Source of the DNA: an uncultured Nitrososphaerota archaeon
Lineage (GTDB): Archaea > Thermoproteota > Methanomethylicia > Methanomethylicales > Methanomethylicaceae
Reading direction: 5' to 3'
DNA length: 64,000 nucleotides
Assembly (NCBI GenBank): GCA_964617245.1
Contig: CAZTWF010000106.1
Coordinates: 25,811-89,810 of the forward strand
Shown here: one piece after another, positions 52,264 through 63,294 of the stretch
How the letters are laid out: each line of letters starts with the position of its first letter
Position numbering within the stretch: the first letter of the stretch is position 1
Program-made: the position numbers and the translations under genes
Notes under the pieces: generated by a model
What the model was told of the DNA's origin: nothing
What the model saw: the letters and a program-made list of their open reading frames with translations, nothing else
The model's database searches: none

Positions 52264-53670
52264 TTGAATGAAAAAGGAAGAGAGCTAATTAGAATGATAA
52301 ATAGAGAATGTATAGACTATCCTGACTATCAAATTTTAGATTCACCAGAACCTAAGCTTTACAAGGAGATATTTCCATTTTCAAATCCTCCAAAAATTCT
52401 ATGGGATGGAGTAATAGTACCTCAGGATATTCCTGGGGAATTATGGATTACAGATACTTCATTTAGAGATGGACAACAAGCTAGAGCACCATATACAGTA
52501 GATCAAATAGTTACATTATATAAGTATTTACACAAGATAGGCGGACCAAAGGGAAAAATACTAATGAGTGAATGTTTTCTTTATACAAAACGTGATAAAG
52601 AAGCAGTTAGTAAACTTTTAGAACTTAATTATCCATATCCTGTTGTAAGTGGATGGATTAGAGCTAGTAAAGAAGATCTTAAACATGCAAAAGAGGCTAA
52701 GGTTAAAGAAGTTGGAATGTTAGCATCAATTTCAGACTATCACATATTTTATAAATTTAAAGGTTTAAGTCGATCTCAGGTAATATCCAAATATCTTGAA
52801 GTAATAGAAGAAGGTCTTAAATCTGGTATAGTTATGCGAGCACATATTGAAGATTGTACAAGAGCTGATATACTAGGAGTTGTTGTCCCTTTTGTAAAAT
52901 CTCTTATGCGTTTATCAGAGAAATATAGATTACCAGTAAAAGTGAGAATTCCTGATACCTTAGGTTTAGGCCTTCCATGGCCTCAAGCAGCATTACCAAG
53001 AAGTATACCAAAAATTGTATGGATACTTCATAATATTTGTGATGTACCTTCAGAATGGCTTGAATTTCATGGTCATAATGATTTTCATATGGGTGTTGCA
53101 AATGCTACTGCTGCATGGTTATATGGAGCAGCTCTAAATAATACTACTTTATTTGGTATAGGAGAAAGAGCTGGAAATGTACCATTAGAGGCTATGGTCT
53201 TTATTTATGCTTCTATAAAAGGAGATCTTGATGGTATTGATACACTTGCTATAACAGAAGTAGCAGAATATTATAGAAAAGTAATTGGCTATGAAATTCC
53301 ACAATATTATCCAATAGTTGGTAGTAATTTTACAGTAACAAGAGCTGGTATTCATGCAGATGGCACACTTAAAAATATTGAAATGTATCTACCATTCGAT
53401 ACTGAAAAATTATTAGGAGTTTCTCCTACTGTTTCTATAACTCCATATTCTGGAACTGCTGGTATTGCTTTTTGGATCAATCATTACTTTAAATTAAAGA
53501 ATAATGAAAAAATAGAAAAAGATGATCCAAGGGTATTAAAAATATATAATGAAGTATTAAAGAGATTTGAAGAAGAAAATGCATTAGTAATTTCTGATGA
53601 AGAAATGCTTTCATTAGTTAAAAAGTATATTCCTACATTATTTGAAAGAAAAACTAAAGATATAACATAA
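52264..53670 (+). CDS. DRE-TIM metallolyase family enzyme (LeuA/HMG-CoA-lyase-like)
   Basis: TDTSFRDGQQ substrate-binding motif and HGHNDFHMGVANATAA metal-binding HxH motif. Confidence 0.65.
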   Translation: MNEKGRELIRMINRECIDYPDYQILDSPEPKLYKEIFPFSNPPKILWDGVIVPQDIPGELWITDTSFRDGQQARAPYTVDQIVTLYKYLHKIGGPKGKILMSECFLYTKRDKEAVSKLLELNYPYPVVSGWIRASKEDLKHAKEAKVKEVGMLASISDYHIFYKFKGLSRSQVISKYLEVIEEGLKSGIVMRAHIEDCTRADILGVVVPFVKSLMRLSEKYRLPVKVRIPDTLGLGLPWPQAALPRSIPKIVWILHNICDVPSEWLEFHGHNDFHMGVANATAAWLYGAALNNTTLFGIGERAGNVPLEAMVFIYASIKGDLDGIDTLAITEVAEYYRKVIGYEIPQYYPIVGSNFTVTRAGIHADGTLKNIEMYLPFDTEKLLGVSPTVSITPYSGTAGIAFWINHYFKLKNNEKIEKDDPRVLKIYNEVLKRFEEENALVISDEEMLSLVKKYIPTLFERKTKDIT

Positions 53671-53744
53671 TTTTTATATTTAAAAGATACAAGTAAATAT
53701 ATATTTTTAAAGATAATATTGTATTAGGTATATGGTGAAAAAGT

Positions 53745-54470
53745 ATGTTCACACCTCCAGGTCTAGGTTACGATAGAGCGATAACTATATTTTCACCAGA
53801 TGGTCGTTTATTTCAAGTAGAATATGCTTTAGAAGCTGTAAGAAGAGGATGGACTGCATTAGGTATAAGATGTTTAGATGGTGTTGTACTTGCAGTAGAA
53901 AAAAGAAAAATAAGTCCATTAATTGATCCATCTTCAATGGAAAAGATTTTGAAAATAGATGAGCATGTTGGAGCAACTTTTGCAGGTTTATCTTCAGATG
54001 CAAGAATATTAATTGATCAAGCAAGACAAGAAGCTCAAATCAATCGTATACTCTATGATGATATTATTGATATAGAAGTATTAACTAAAAGAGTTAGTAG
54101 TATAAAGCAACTTTATACTCAACATGCTGGAGTAAGACCATTTGGAGTATCTTTATTAATTGCAGGTGTAGATAAAGTTGGTCCAAGATTATTTATGACA
54201 GAACCAAGTGGTGCATACGCTGGTTACTTTGCTGTTGCTATTGGTGCAGGTGCTCAAACTGTAACTGAATTCTTTGAGAAAAATTATAATGAAAAAATAA
54301 CTTTATCATCAGCTATAAATCTTGCTCTAAAAGCATTAGCAATGGTTATAGAAGGTGGATTAGAACCTACAAGAGTAGAAATAGCAATAGCAAGTAAGAC
54401 TACAGGAAAATTTGAAATTCTTCCTATGGAAGTCATATCTAAATATATAGATGAAGTTAAGGCGAAATAA
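53745..54470 (+). CDS. psmA: proteasome alpha subunit
   Basis: YDRAITIFSPDGRLFQVEYA N-terminal signature. Confidence 0.93.
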   Translation: MFTPPGLGYDRAITIFSPDGRLFQVEYALEAVRRGWTALGIRCLDGVVLAVEKRKISPLIDPSSMEKILKIDEHVGATFAGLSSDARILIDQARQEAQINRILYDDIIDIEVLTKRVSSIKQLYTQHAGVRPFGVSLLIAGVDKVGPRLFMTEPSGAYAGYFAVAIGAGAQTVTEFFEKNYNEKITLSSAINLALKALAMVIEGGLEPTRVEIAIASKTTGKFEILPMEVISKYIDEVKAK

Positions 54471-55166
54471 ATGCCTAAAGAAAAAGTAATTGCTAGACTT
54501 ATAATTAATAAAGAACATTTTGAAATACTAGTAGATCCTGAATTAGCATGGTTACTTAAAAATGGAAAAGATGTAGATTTAAAAGAATTACTTATAAGTG
54601 ATATTATATATAAAGATGCTAAAAAAGGTGAAAAAGCTTCTGAAACATCAATAATTAAAAACTTTGGTACTACAGATCTAAAAACTATTGTTACCACAAT
54701 AATTAAAAAAGGAGAACTTCAACTTACAACAGAACAACGTCGTCAAATGATAGAAAATAAGAAAAAACAAATAATTGCATTTATTACTCGTAATTGTATA
54801 GATCCACATACTGGCTTACCACATCCTCCTACTAGAATAGAAAATGCTATGGAGAATATTAGAATTAGCATAGATCCTTTTAAACCTGTTGAACAACAAG
54901 CAAATGATGTTATAAAAGCACTCAGGACAATACTTCCATTAAAAATAAGTCAAGTTACTCTTTCTATTCATGCAAAAAAAGAATATGCAAGTAAAGTAAA
55001 AGATTATATATCTAAAACAGGAGAACTTTCAAAATCAGAATGGCTATCTGATGGCTCTTGGAGAGGAGAAGTCACTATTCCTGCTGGTATTCAACAAACT
55101 GTAATTGATCGTCTTAATGAAATATCAAGAGGAGATATTATAGTAAATATAATAAGAAGAACATGA
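54471..55166 (+). CDS. SBDS-family ribosome maturation protein (Sdo1)
   Basis: SBDS N-terminal FYSH domain similarity; superoperon position. Confidence 0.8.
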   Translation: MPKEKVIARLIINKEHFEILVDPELAWLLKNGKDVDLKELLISDIIYKDAKKGEKASETSIIKNFGTTDLKTIVTTIIKKGELQLTTEQRRQMIENKKKQIIAFITRNCIDPHTGLPHPPTRIENAMENIRISIDPFKPVEQQANDVIKALRTILPLKISQVTLSIHAKKEYASKVKDYISKTGELSKSEWLSDGSWRGEVTIPAGIQQTVIDRLNEISRGDIIVNIIRRT

Positions 55167-55178
55167 GGTGTTATTGAT

Positions 55179-55889
55179 TTGATTTACTTTTCTCAAAGAC
55201 AAATAGTTATACCTGGTTATATGTTAGCTGAAGGAAATTATGAAGTTGGTAAGAATGTATACAAAGAAGGAAATAGATTTTATGCAACAGTTATTGGTTT
55301 AGCTGAATTAAGAGATAAGATCGTAAATGTTATACCATTAAGAGGTTGTTATATACCTTCTGTTGGAGATATACTAATTGGTAAAGTGATTGATATTACA
55401 ACTACAGCATGGATAGTAGATATAAGATCTCCTTGGAATGCTATTCTTTTTGCAAAAGATTTTCTTTCTAAACCTCTTAATATCATGAAAGAAGATATTA
55501 GAAACTATCTAGATGTAGGAGAGCTAATAATTGCTAAAGTTACTTCTTTTGATCGTACAAAGAATCCTACACTTACAACAAAGGAACATGGACTTGGAAA
55601 AATTGAAAGAGGTACTGTTATTGAAGTAGATCCAACAAGAGTTCCAAGAATAATTGGGAAAAAAGGCTCTATGATAAATATGCTTAAAAAAGAAACAGGT
55701 TGTCAAATTCATGTTGGTCAAAATGGTCGAGTATGGATTTCTGGAAGGAATAGAGAGGATGAAATTTTAGTAGTTGAAGCGATAAAAAAAATAGAAAGTG
55801 AAGCACATACTACAGGATTGACAGATAGAGTTTATGATCTTATAAGCAAAAGGAGGGTATTAAATGGAAAGGAAAAAACTAATATCTGA
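55179..55889 (+). CDS. rrp4: exosome RNA-binding subunit Rrp4 (S1 + KH)
   Basis: S1 and KH ([11 protein letters not shown]) domains. Confidence 0.88.
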   Translation: MIYFSQRQIVIPGYMLAEGNYEVGKNVYKEGNRFYATVIGLAELRDKIVNVIPLRGCYIPSVGDILIGKVIDITTTAWIVDIRSPWNAILFAKDFLSKPLNIMKEDIRNYLDVGELIIAKVTSFDRTKNPTLTTKEHGLGKIERGTVIEVDPTRVPRIIGKKGSMINMLKKETGCQIHVGQNGRVWISGRNREDEILVVEAIKKIESEAHTTGLTDRVYDLISKRRVLNGKEKTNI

Positions 55890-56589
55890 TGATGGGAGAA
55901 GATTGGATGGAAGAAAATTTGATGAAATTAGGCCAATAAAATTTAAAATTGGTATTCTTAAAAATGCAGATGGTTCTGCATATATAGAATTGGGGAAAAC
56001 AAAAGTTATTGTGGGTGTTTATGGTCCAAGAGAATTACATCCAAAACATCTTGCTGTTCCTGATAGATGTATAATACAAGCTCGTTATCATATGGCACCA
56101 TTTTCTGTTAAAGAAAGAAAATCTCCAGCTCCTTCAAGAAGAGAAATAGAACTTTCAAAAGTAATACGTGAAGCTCTAGAACCAGCAATATTTGTAGAAT
56201 TATTTCCTAGAACAACAATTGATATCTTTGCTGAAGTAATTCAGGCTGATGGAAGTACTAGATGTGCAGCTATTTCTGCAGCTTCTTTAGCTCTTGCTGA
56301 TGCTGGAATACCTATGAGAGACCTAGTTGCTAGTGTTGCAGTTGCAAAAGTTGATAATCAAATAGTCCTAGATGTTATGGATGAAGAAGATAAATATGGC
56401 TCCTCAGATATGCCTATTGCTATGATGCCATCTAAAAATGTAATAACATTATTGCAAATGGATGGAATGCTAACTAGTGAAGAATTTAAAAAATCTTTAG
56501 AACTTGCAAAAAAAGGATGTATGGAAGTATATAAGAAACAAAAAGAAGCCTTAGAATCATATTTTAAAAATGTTAAGGAGGAAAAATAA
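55864..56589 (+). CDS. rrp41: exosome catalytic subunit Rrp41 (RNase PH)
   Basis: RNase PH fold, DGR...R motif. Confidence 0.9.
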   Translation: MERKKLISDDGRRLDGRKFDEIRPIKFKIGILKNADGSAYIELGKTKVIVGVYGPRELHPKHLAVPDRCIIQARYHMAPFSVKERKSPAPSRREIELSKVIREALEPAIFVELFPRTTIDIFAEVIQADGSTRCAAISAASLALADAGIPMRDLVASVAVAKVDNQIVLDVMDEEDKYGSSDMPIAMMPSKNVITLLQMDGMLTSEEFKKSLELAKKGCMEVYKKQKEALESYFKNVKEEK

Positions 56590-57404
56590 TGACAACAAGT
56601 CCTATTCCTTATTTAAAGAAGAAACAAATTTATGAACTTGCTGAAAGTGGAAAAAGAATTGATGGTCGTGGATTAGTAGATCTTAGAAGAATTGAAATTA
56701 ATACAAATATCTTAGATAAAGCTGAAGGTTCTGCTAGTGTTAAACTAGGTGATACATATGTAATTGTAGGTATTAAATTTGAAGTCAGTGAGCCTTTTCC
56801 TGATATACCAAATGAAGGTGTATTGTCTGTAAATGCAGAATTTTTACCTTTAGCATCTCCATCTTTTGAAGCTGGACCACCTGATGAAAATGCAATAGAA
56901 TTAGCAAGAATTGTAGATAGAGCATTAAGAGGAGGTAAAGCAATTAATACACAAAAACTATGCTTAATACCTGGTAAAAAAGTATGGACAGTATGGGTTG
57001 ATATATTTATTTTTGATCATTGTGGAAATCTTATAGATGCCTCAGCTTTAGCTTCTTTATGTGCACTTATAACAGCTAAAGTTCCAAAAACAGAAATCAT
57101 TGGAAATGAAGTAAAAATATTAGATGAATATGAACCATTACCAATAAATTCTTTACCAATTATTATAACCTTAGCAAAGATTGGTGATAAACTACTTGTT
57201 GATCCCTCACTTGAAGAAGAAGAAGTTATGGATTGTAGAATAAGTATAGCTTTTGTTGAAGGAGAGGATAATCAAGAATATGTTTGTGCTATACAAAAAG
57301 GTGGAAAAGGTACATTTACTTATGAAGAAATTCTAAGAGCTATTGATATCGCTAAAGTTAAAAGCCAGGAAGTAAGAAAAATTATTCCTTGTGGTGGTAG
57401 ATAA
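56589..57404 (+). CDS. rrp42: exosome subunit Rrp42
   Basis: RNase PH-like, follows rrp41. Confidence 0.88.
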   Translation: MTTSPIPYLKKKQIYELAESGKRIDGRGLVDLRRIEINTNILDKAEGSASVKLGDTYVIVGIKFEVSEPFPDIPNEGVLSVNAEFLPLASPSFEAGPPDENAIELARIVDRALRGGKAINTQKLCLIPGKKVWTVWVDIFIFDHCGNLIDASALASLCALITAKVPKTEIIGNEVKILDEYEPLPINSLPIIITLAKIGDKLLVDPSLEEEEVMDCRISIAFVEGEDNQEYVCAIQKGGKGTFTYEEILRAIDIAKVKSQEVRKIIPCGGR

Positions 57405-57670
57405 TGGGTAAGATCACAGGTCCTGTAGGTTGTTATGGTCCAAGATATGGCTCTACTATAAGAAAGCGTATATTAGCAATAAAATTAAAAGTAAAAGGTC
57501 AAAAATGTCCTAAATGTTATTCCATAGATACACTAAGAAGAGAAGCTGCAGGAATATGGATATGTAAATCATGTGGAATTAAATTTGCAGGAGGAGCTTA
57601 CATAGCTCAAACCATAATGGGCAAGACTTTACTACCTGAGGAACTCAAAAGTATAAAAGAAAGAAAATAG
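57404..57670 (+). CDS. rpl37ae: 50S ribosomal protein L37ae
   Basis: CPKC...CKSCG zinc ribbon, GPRYGSTIRK. Confidence 0.88.
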   Translation: MGKITGPVGCYGPRYGSTIRKRILAIKLKVKGQKCPKCYSIDTLRREAAGIWICKSCGIKFAGGAYIAQTIMGKTLLPEELKSIKERK

Positions 57671-57676
57671 ATTAAT

Positions 57677-58219
57677 ATGTATATTCTTTTAACAACATCT
57701 TTAAGACCTAATCCTCGTATTAGAAATTTTTGTAAAGATCTAGCCTCAACTTCTTTGTTATTTTATTATCATACACGTGGAAAAATGAATATACTCTCAC
57801 TTTTTAATTATGCTTCTTCAATTAAAGCAAATAGAATCTGGATTGTATATTCTAGACATGGAAATCCTGGAATGATTAACTTTTTTAATGTAGATAGAAA
57901 TGAAAAAATTGGTGCAATTTTTATAAAAGGAGTAGCATTAAAGAGAGAATTAGGTACTTTATATTCAAAATCAACAAAAAATAACTCAATTAAATTAGTT
58001 CTTAAAAATGAAGAACTAAAAGAATTATGTGAGCTCATTAAATTAGCAATTTCTTCTGAAGAAATCTCTAATGAAAATATTACAAGAATTGAAATAAATA
58101 AAAATAAAGAAGGTTTTGCAGAAATTCAATTTATTGATAATAAAACAGATCTATTTTGTGGTCCAAAAATAATATTAAAAGGATATATAAAAGAAGATAA
58201 AGTTAAATTTTTTAAGTAA
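57677..58219 (+). CDS. Brix-domain ribosome biogenesis protein
   Basis: Brix/Imp4 fold similarity; conserved superoperon position. Confidence 0.7.
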   Translation: MYILLTTSLRPNPRIRNFCKDLASTSLLFYYHTRGKMNILSLFNYASSIKANRIWIVYSRHGNPGMINFFNVDRNEKIGAIFIKGVALKRELGTLYSKSTKNNSIKLVLKNEELKELCELIKLAISSEEISNENITRIEINKNKEGFAEIQFIDNKTDLFCGPKIILKGYIKEDKVKFFK

Positions 58220-58224
58220 TAATT

Positions 58225-58491
58225 ATGGAATTTCCAATAAAATCAAAACTTATAATAAATATTGATGATCCAATTGTAGCTAATAATATTTATAAAATTC
58301 TTATTCCTGAGGTTAAAACTACAAAATCTTCAAAAATATCAATAATAAAAATCAATGATAATAGTATACATCTATATATAGAAACAAAAACTATTCCTAG
58401 TTTAAGAGCTATACTTAATTCTTATTTAAGATGGATAAACTCATGTTTAGAAATATTCTCCTGGAAAGAAAAATATCTCCAAAACAAATAA
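58225..58491 (+). CDS. pcc1: KEOPS subunit Pcc1
   Basis: LRAILNSYLRWINSCLEI matches Pcc1 C-terminal helix consensus. Confidence 0.7.
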   Translation: MEFPIKSKLIINIDDPIVANNIYKILIPEVKTTKSSKISIIKINDNSIHLYIETKTIPSLRAILNSYLRWINSCLEIFSWKEKYLQNK

Positions 58492-58532
58492 AAGTAGAAT
58501 TGCTAAATAATCTATGAAAAGAGTGGTATAGT

Positions 58533-58892
58533 ATGTCAAAACAAATTCCTCCTCAATTACAACATCAAATACTACGTTTACAAGAACAACAAGAACAATA
58601 TAAGGCACTTTTACTTCGTAAACAACAATTTGAAGTTGAATTAAGAGAAGTAGAAAGAGCAATTCAGGAATGTTCTAAACTATCTGATGATGCTTTAATA
58701 TATCAATCAGTTGGTAATTTACTTTTTAAAACTGAAAAAAGTAAAGTAATGAGTGAACTTAATGAAAAAAAAGAAGAACTTGAATTAAGAATAAAAACTA
58801 TAGAAAAACAAGAACAACGCTTAAGACAACAACTTGAAGAACTTAGGAGAACTATACAAGCTAGTTTATCTGGAATACCACCTAGCTCATAA
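58533..58892 (+). CDS. pfdB: prefoldin beta subunit
   Basis: Coiled-coil, Q/E-rich, prefoldin beta architecture. Confidence 0.8.
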   Translation: MSKQIPPQLQHQILRLQEQQEQYKALLLRKQQFEVELREVERAIQECSKLSDDALIYQSVGNLLFKTEKSKVMSELNEKKEELELRIKTIEKQEQRLRQQLEELRRTIQASLSGIPPSS

Positions 58893-58906
58893 GCATATTA
58901 TTAACC

Positions 58907-59188
58907 ATGTCAAATGAAATTACTAATGTATCAAATGAAATTATTAAAGAGGCATGTAAAATTGGAGAAAAAGAAGCTTATAAGTACATTACTCTACATA
59001 TAAATCCAAAACTAATAACTTCATTTGATATTTCTGTAATTTATGAAAATAATCAATTTACTATTGATATTTATATTAATACAATAATAAAAATAGATTT
59101 AGAAAAACTATTAGATGAAGCAATTGATGCTGCATTAATTGCAATTGATAACTTTATAAGAGGTAAAATACTATGTCAGAATTATTAA
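58907..59188 (+). CDS. hypothetical protein
   Basis: 93-aa ORF between pfdB and DHH phosphoesterase. Confidence 0.4.
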   Translation: MSNEITNVSNEIIKEACKIGEKEAYKYITLHINPKLITSFDISVIYENNQFTIDIYINTIIKIDLEKLLDEAIDAALIAIDNFIRGKILCQNY

Positions 59189-60165
59189 AAATACTTGATC
59201 CCTTTAGAAATATAACAATTGTATGTCATCCTAATGCTGATATTGATAGTTTGGGATCTGCTTATGCAATATATAATTTTATTAAAAATTTTCTTAGTAA
59301 TAAAAATATAACAATTTATACTCCTGAATCAATAAGTTCTTCTTCTATTCCATTTATAGATTATCTTAATATAATGACTCATTTTGAGTTTTCATCACCT
59401 GATATATTCATACTTATAGATACTTCATCCTTAGATCAAATACCATTAGTTAAATCATATATAGAAGAAAGATCAATTCCCTACATTATTATTGATCATC
59501 ATGTTCCTGATGAACAAACTATTAGTAAGGCTATATTTTCTATTGTAAGAGAAGCTACATCTACATGTGAAATAATTTATGAAACTATAAAAGATTATAT
59601 CTCAGATAAGAAAATACTAGAAGCTTTATTAGCTGGTATTATTTATGATTCAAGACGTTTTCTTATAAATCCTAAAAAATCTATTTCACTTGCTTATGAA
59701 TTAATAAATAAAGGTGTAGATATAGAAAAGATACTTCAACTTTTATCTTTAGAACAGAATTTCTCTGAAAAAATGGCAAAGATTAAGGGATGTTCTAGAA
59801 TGAGAATATTTAAAGCCTCTTCTTGGATAATTGCCTTTACACATGTAAGTGCATTTGAAGCATCAGTTGCTCGTACTCTTATTGATATTGGAGCAGATTT
59901 AGCCTTTGTAATAAATGAATCTGAAAAAAGATTAACAGGAAGAGTTAGAGAGATATTTTATAATCAAACAGGACTTAATCTAGTTACTGATATAATAAGA
60001 CCATTAATTAAAAAATTCTCAGGTCAAGGAGGAGGTCATCCTACAGCTGCAAGTATGAATCTTAATATACTTACTGAAGATTTAATATCTGAAGTATTAG
60101 AATTAGTTGCAAATAAATTAAAAATACAAAAACATTTAATATGTGAAATTAATACTAAAAAATGA
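59173..60165 (+). CDS. DHH/DHHA1 family phosphoesterase (NrnA-like nanoRNase/pAp phosphatase)
   Basis: HPNADIDS, DHH and GGGH motifs. Confidence 0.8.
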   Translation: MSELLKILDPFRNITIVCHPNADIDSLGSAYAIYNFIKNFLSNKNITIYTPESISSSSIPFIDYLNIMTHFEFSSPDIFILIDTSSLDQIPLVKSYIEERSIPYIIIDHHVPDEQTISKAIFSIVREATSTCEIIYETIKDYISDKKILEALLAGIIYDSRRFLINPKKSISLAYELINKGVDIEKILQLLSLEQNFSEKMAKIKGCSRMRIFKASSWIIAFTHVSAFEASVARTLIDIGADLAFVINESEKRLTGRVREIFYNQTGLNLVTDIIRPLIKKFSGQGGGHPTAASMNLNILTEDLISEVLELVANKLKIQKHLICEINTKK

Positions 60166-61016
60166 TTGATTTTTTCATGGGGATGATGAGAATGGGAATT
60201 ATAGAAGTTCGTAATCTTACATTTAAATATGCTAATTCTGATAAACCTAGCTTATATAATATTAATCTTTCAATTGATAAAGGAGAATTCTTATTAATAA
60301 CAGGTCCAACAGGTTGTGGAAAGACAACATTATGTAAGTGTTTAAATGGATTAATTCCAAATTCATATAATGGTGATTTTAATGGAGAGGTTATTATAGA
60401 TGGTTTATCTACTAAAGAACATCCAGTACATGAAATAGCACAACATGTTGGTTTAGTCTTTCAAGATCCAGAAAATGAGTTATTTTGTACATCTGTTGAA
60501 AAAGAAATTGCATTTGGACCAGAAAATCTTGGACTATCCAGAGAGGAAATAAGAAGAAGAGTTGAAGAAGCTATGGCAATGGTTGGAATTTCTCATTTAA
60601 GAGAAAGATCACCATATGAACTTTCTGGTGGTGAACAACAAAAGGTAGCTATAGCAGCTCTTCTTGCTATGAAGCCAAAGATACTTGTACTTGATGAGCC
60701 CACATCTAATTTAGATCCATTTAGTGCATATTCTATATTAAATCTATTATTTAATTTAAAGAAGGAATATGAAATGACAATAATACTAATAGAACATAGA
60801 TTAGATATGGTAGCAAAAATAGTAGATAGATGTGTAATAATGAATGAAGGTAGAATTATTGCTATAGGCCCTCCTGAGGAAGTACTATATTCTGATATAG
60901 TTGAGTCAATAGGTATTGGCATTCCAAAAATTGTAAAGCTTGTAAAAACATTGGGATTGTCTTCACGTCCTTTATCTTCTAATGTATTAGCAGATATATT
61001 AAAGGTGAAAAAATGA
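60162..61016 (+). CDS. ecfA: ECF transporter ATP-binding protein EcfA
   Basis: Walker A GPTGCGKTT, signature LSGGEQQ, Walker B LVLDEPT. Confidence 0.88.
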   Translation: MIDFFMGMMRMGIIEVRNLTFKYANSDKPSLYNINLSIDKGEFLLITGPTGCGKTTLCKCLNGLIPNSYNGDFNGEVIIDGLSTKEHPVHEIAQHVGLVFQDPENELFCTSVEKEIAFGPENLGLSREEIRRRVEEAMAMVGISHLRERSPYELSGGEQQKVAIAALLAMKPKILVLDEPTSNLDPFSAYSILNLLFNLKKEYEMTIILIEHRLDMVAKIVDRCVIMNEGRIIAIGPPEEVLYSDIVESIGIGIPKIVKLVKTLGLSSRPLSSNVLADILKVKK

Positions 61017-61825
61017 TAGAATTTCATAATGTATTTTTCTCATATCAACCAGGTAAAGACATTCTAAAAAATATAAATTTAAAAGTAAATAAAGGAGAAT
61101 TATTAGCAATATTAGGACCAAATGGTGCAGGAAAAACCACACTCATAAAACATATAAATGGTCTTTTAAAACCACAAAGAGGATATGTTGAGGTTCTTGG
61201 TATGAATACAAAGGAGACAACAGTTGCAGTATTAGCTAGACATGTTGGATTTGTATTTCAAAATCCTGATCATCAATTATTTGCAGAAACTGTTGAAAAG
61301 GAAATAATGTTTGCTTTAATTAATTTTAATTTTCCAGAAAATGAAATAAAAGAAAGAGTAGAAAAAATTCTTCATGAATTAGATCTCATAGAATATAGAA
61401 ATAGATCTCCTTTTATGTTAAGTGGTGGTGAAAGAAAAAGAGTAGCTCTTGCATCAGTTTTATGTTATGATCCATCAATTTTAATACTTGATGAACCTAC
61501 TATTGGTCAGGATTATCGTCAAAAACTCAATCTAATTAATCTTATTAATAAATTAAATAAAGAAGGAAAAACAGTAATTATTGTAACTCATGATATAGAA
61601 TTTGTTGCTGATTTTATTCCCAGATGCATAATAATGTCAGATGGAAGAATAGTTGCTGATGGTCCAACAGAAGAAGTGTTAACAAATAGTAAATTACTAT
61701 TAGAAAATTCTCTTTTACCTCCTCAATTAGTAGAGATTTCATTAGCTCTTAATATAAGTCCTCCTACTATAAATTTTGAAAAATTAGTTTCATTTATTAG
61801 AAAAATTATTGAAAGTGAAGAATAA
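61013..61825 (+). CDS. ecfA2: ECF transporter ATP-binding protein EcfA'
   Basis: Walker A GPNGAGKTT, LSGGERKR, ILDEPT. Confidence 0.88.
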   Translation: MIEFHNVFFSYQPGKDILKNINLKVNKGELLAILGPNGAGKTTLIKHINGLLKPQRGYVEVLGMNTKETTVAVLARHVGFVFQNPDHQLFAETVEKEIMFALINFNFPENEIKERVEKILHELDLIEYRNRSPFMLSGGERKRVALASVLCYDPSILILDEPTIGQDYRQKLNLINLINKLNKEGKTVIIVTHDIEFVADFIPRCIIMSDGRIVADGPTEEVLTNSKLLLENSLLPPQLVEISLALNISPPTINFEKLVSFIRKIIESEE

Positions 61826-62598
61826 TGAAGGTCTTTTATTTTGAATATAAACGAGAAAGCTCAATAATTCATAAACTAGATCCTAGAGCAAAATTAGTTT
61901 ACTTAATATTATTCACAATATTGACTGTATATTTTACAAATCCAATAATTCTATTTTTAATATTTCTTTCCTCTTTACCTATGGCAATATTAGGTAAAAT
62001 AGTAAAAAAATGGATTATTTCTATAAAAGGATCTTTATTCTTTATTGTTTTTATATTTATATTTAATTTTATTGGAATTTTCTGGACAACAGGTAATATC
62101 ATAGATACAATCATAATTTCAATAGCAATGGCAATAAGATTTGTTTCTCTAATTTCTATTTTCTCTATTTTCTTTCTTTCAACATCTCCAGAAGATCTAA
62201 TGCAATCTATGATTAAACTAAAATTACCCTATGAATATGTTCTTACATTTAATATGGCAATGCGTTTTGTTCCTACCTTAGCTAGAGAAGCTCAAACTAT
62301 AATAGATGCTCAAAAATCTAGAGGCTTAGAATTTGAAAAAGGGAATATTTTTCAAAAAGTAAAGAAATACATTCCTATTCTTATACCTTTAATAATTTCT
62401 TCTTTAAGAAGAGCAGAAATTATTGCTGATGCTATGGAATCAAGAGCTTTTGGTGCTTCTAAAACTCGTTCTTTTCTTTATACAATAACTATGAGCAAAA
62501 TAGATTTTATTTTTATAATAATTTGTATTATTATTTTTACTTTATTCATTCTTATCTTTAAAGATATTCTCTTACATACAATAGGTTTAAATTCCTAA
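61825..62598 (+). CDS. ecfT: ECF transporter transmembrane component EcfT (CbiQ family)
   Basis: Multi-TM protein following two EcfA genes; CbiQ-like. Confidence 0.8.
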   Translation: MKVFYFEYKRESSIIHKLDPRAKLVYLILFTILTVYFTNPIILFLIFLSSLPMAILGKIVKKWIISIKGSLFFIVFIFIFNFIGIFWTTGNIIDTIIISIAMAIRFVSLISIFSIFFLSTSPEDLMQSMIKLKLPYEYVLTFNMAMRFVPTLAREAQTIIDAQKSRGLEFEKGNIFQKVKKYIPILIPLIISSLRRAEIIADAMESRAFGASKTRSFLYTITMSKIDFIFIIICIIIFTLFILIFKDILLHTIGLNS

Positions 62599-62617
62599 AA
62601 AAATATAGAAAGTTCGT

Positions 62618-63241
62618 ATGTCTAATATAAATAGTATTAAAGAAAATTCATTAAGACAACTTATGAAAGAAATAAGTCAATTTGTTTATAAAGCATCAGA
62701 TATGATTAATGATTCTGAAGTCAATACACTTATTAATATTCTTTTGGATGCTTTACAAAATAATAAAAAAATTCTTATTGTTGGTGTAGGAAGATCTGGA
62801 CTTGCAGGAAAAGCTTTTGCTATGCGTTTAATGCATCTTGGATTTAATGTTTATGTACTTGGTGATACTATAACACCTGCAGTTTATGAAGGAGATGTAG
62901 TTATTGCTATATCAGGCTCAGGAACTACTAGACTTATTATAACTGCAGCTTCTGCAGCAAAAGAAGTACATGCAAAGGTTATAGCTATTACATCACATAA
63001 AGATTCTCCATTAGCAAAAATAGCAGATTATGTAGTTATTGTTCCTGGAAGAACAAAAATTGCTACAGAAAGTGATTATACTATAAGACAAATTCTAGGA
63101 GAACATGAACCATTAGTTCCATTAGGTACATTATTTGAAATTACATTAAATGTATTTTTTGATAGTTTAGTTGCAGAATTAATGCAAAGACTTGGAAAAA
63201 CAGAACAAGATCTTAAAAAGCGTCATGCTACAATAGAATAA
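62618..63241 (+). CDS. SIS-domain sugar phosphate isomerase (6-phospho-3-hexuloisomerase-like)
   Basis: SIS motif VGVGRSGLAGKAFAMRL and ISGSGTT. Confidence 0.75.
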   Translation: MSNINSIKENSLRQLMKEISQFVYKASDMINDSEVNTLINILLDALQNNKKILIVGVGRSGLAGKAFAMRLMHLGFNVYVLGDTITPAVYEGDVVIAISGSGTTRLIITAASAAKEVHAKVIAITSHKDSPLAKIADYVVIVPGRTKIATESDYTIRQILGEHEPLVPLGTLFEITLNVFFDSLVAELMQRLGKTEQDLKKRHATIE

Positions 63242-63294
63242 TATGCAAAAATTTAAAAAATACCTAAGTATTCGCATTTTACGGGGCGTTAAAC

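Noticed and set aside
54284-54697. 137-aa minus-strand ORF spanning the psmA/SBDS junction
   Set aside because: Overlaps two well-supported plus-strand genes; no recognisable domain
60593-61027. 144-aa minus-strand ORF
   Set aside because: Antisense to ecfA, which has canonical Walker and signature motifs
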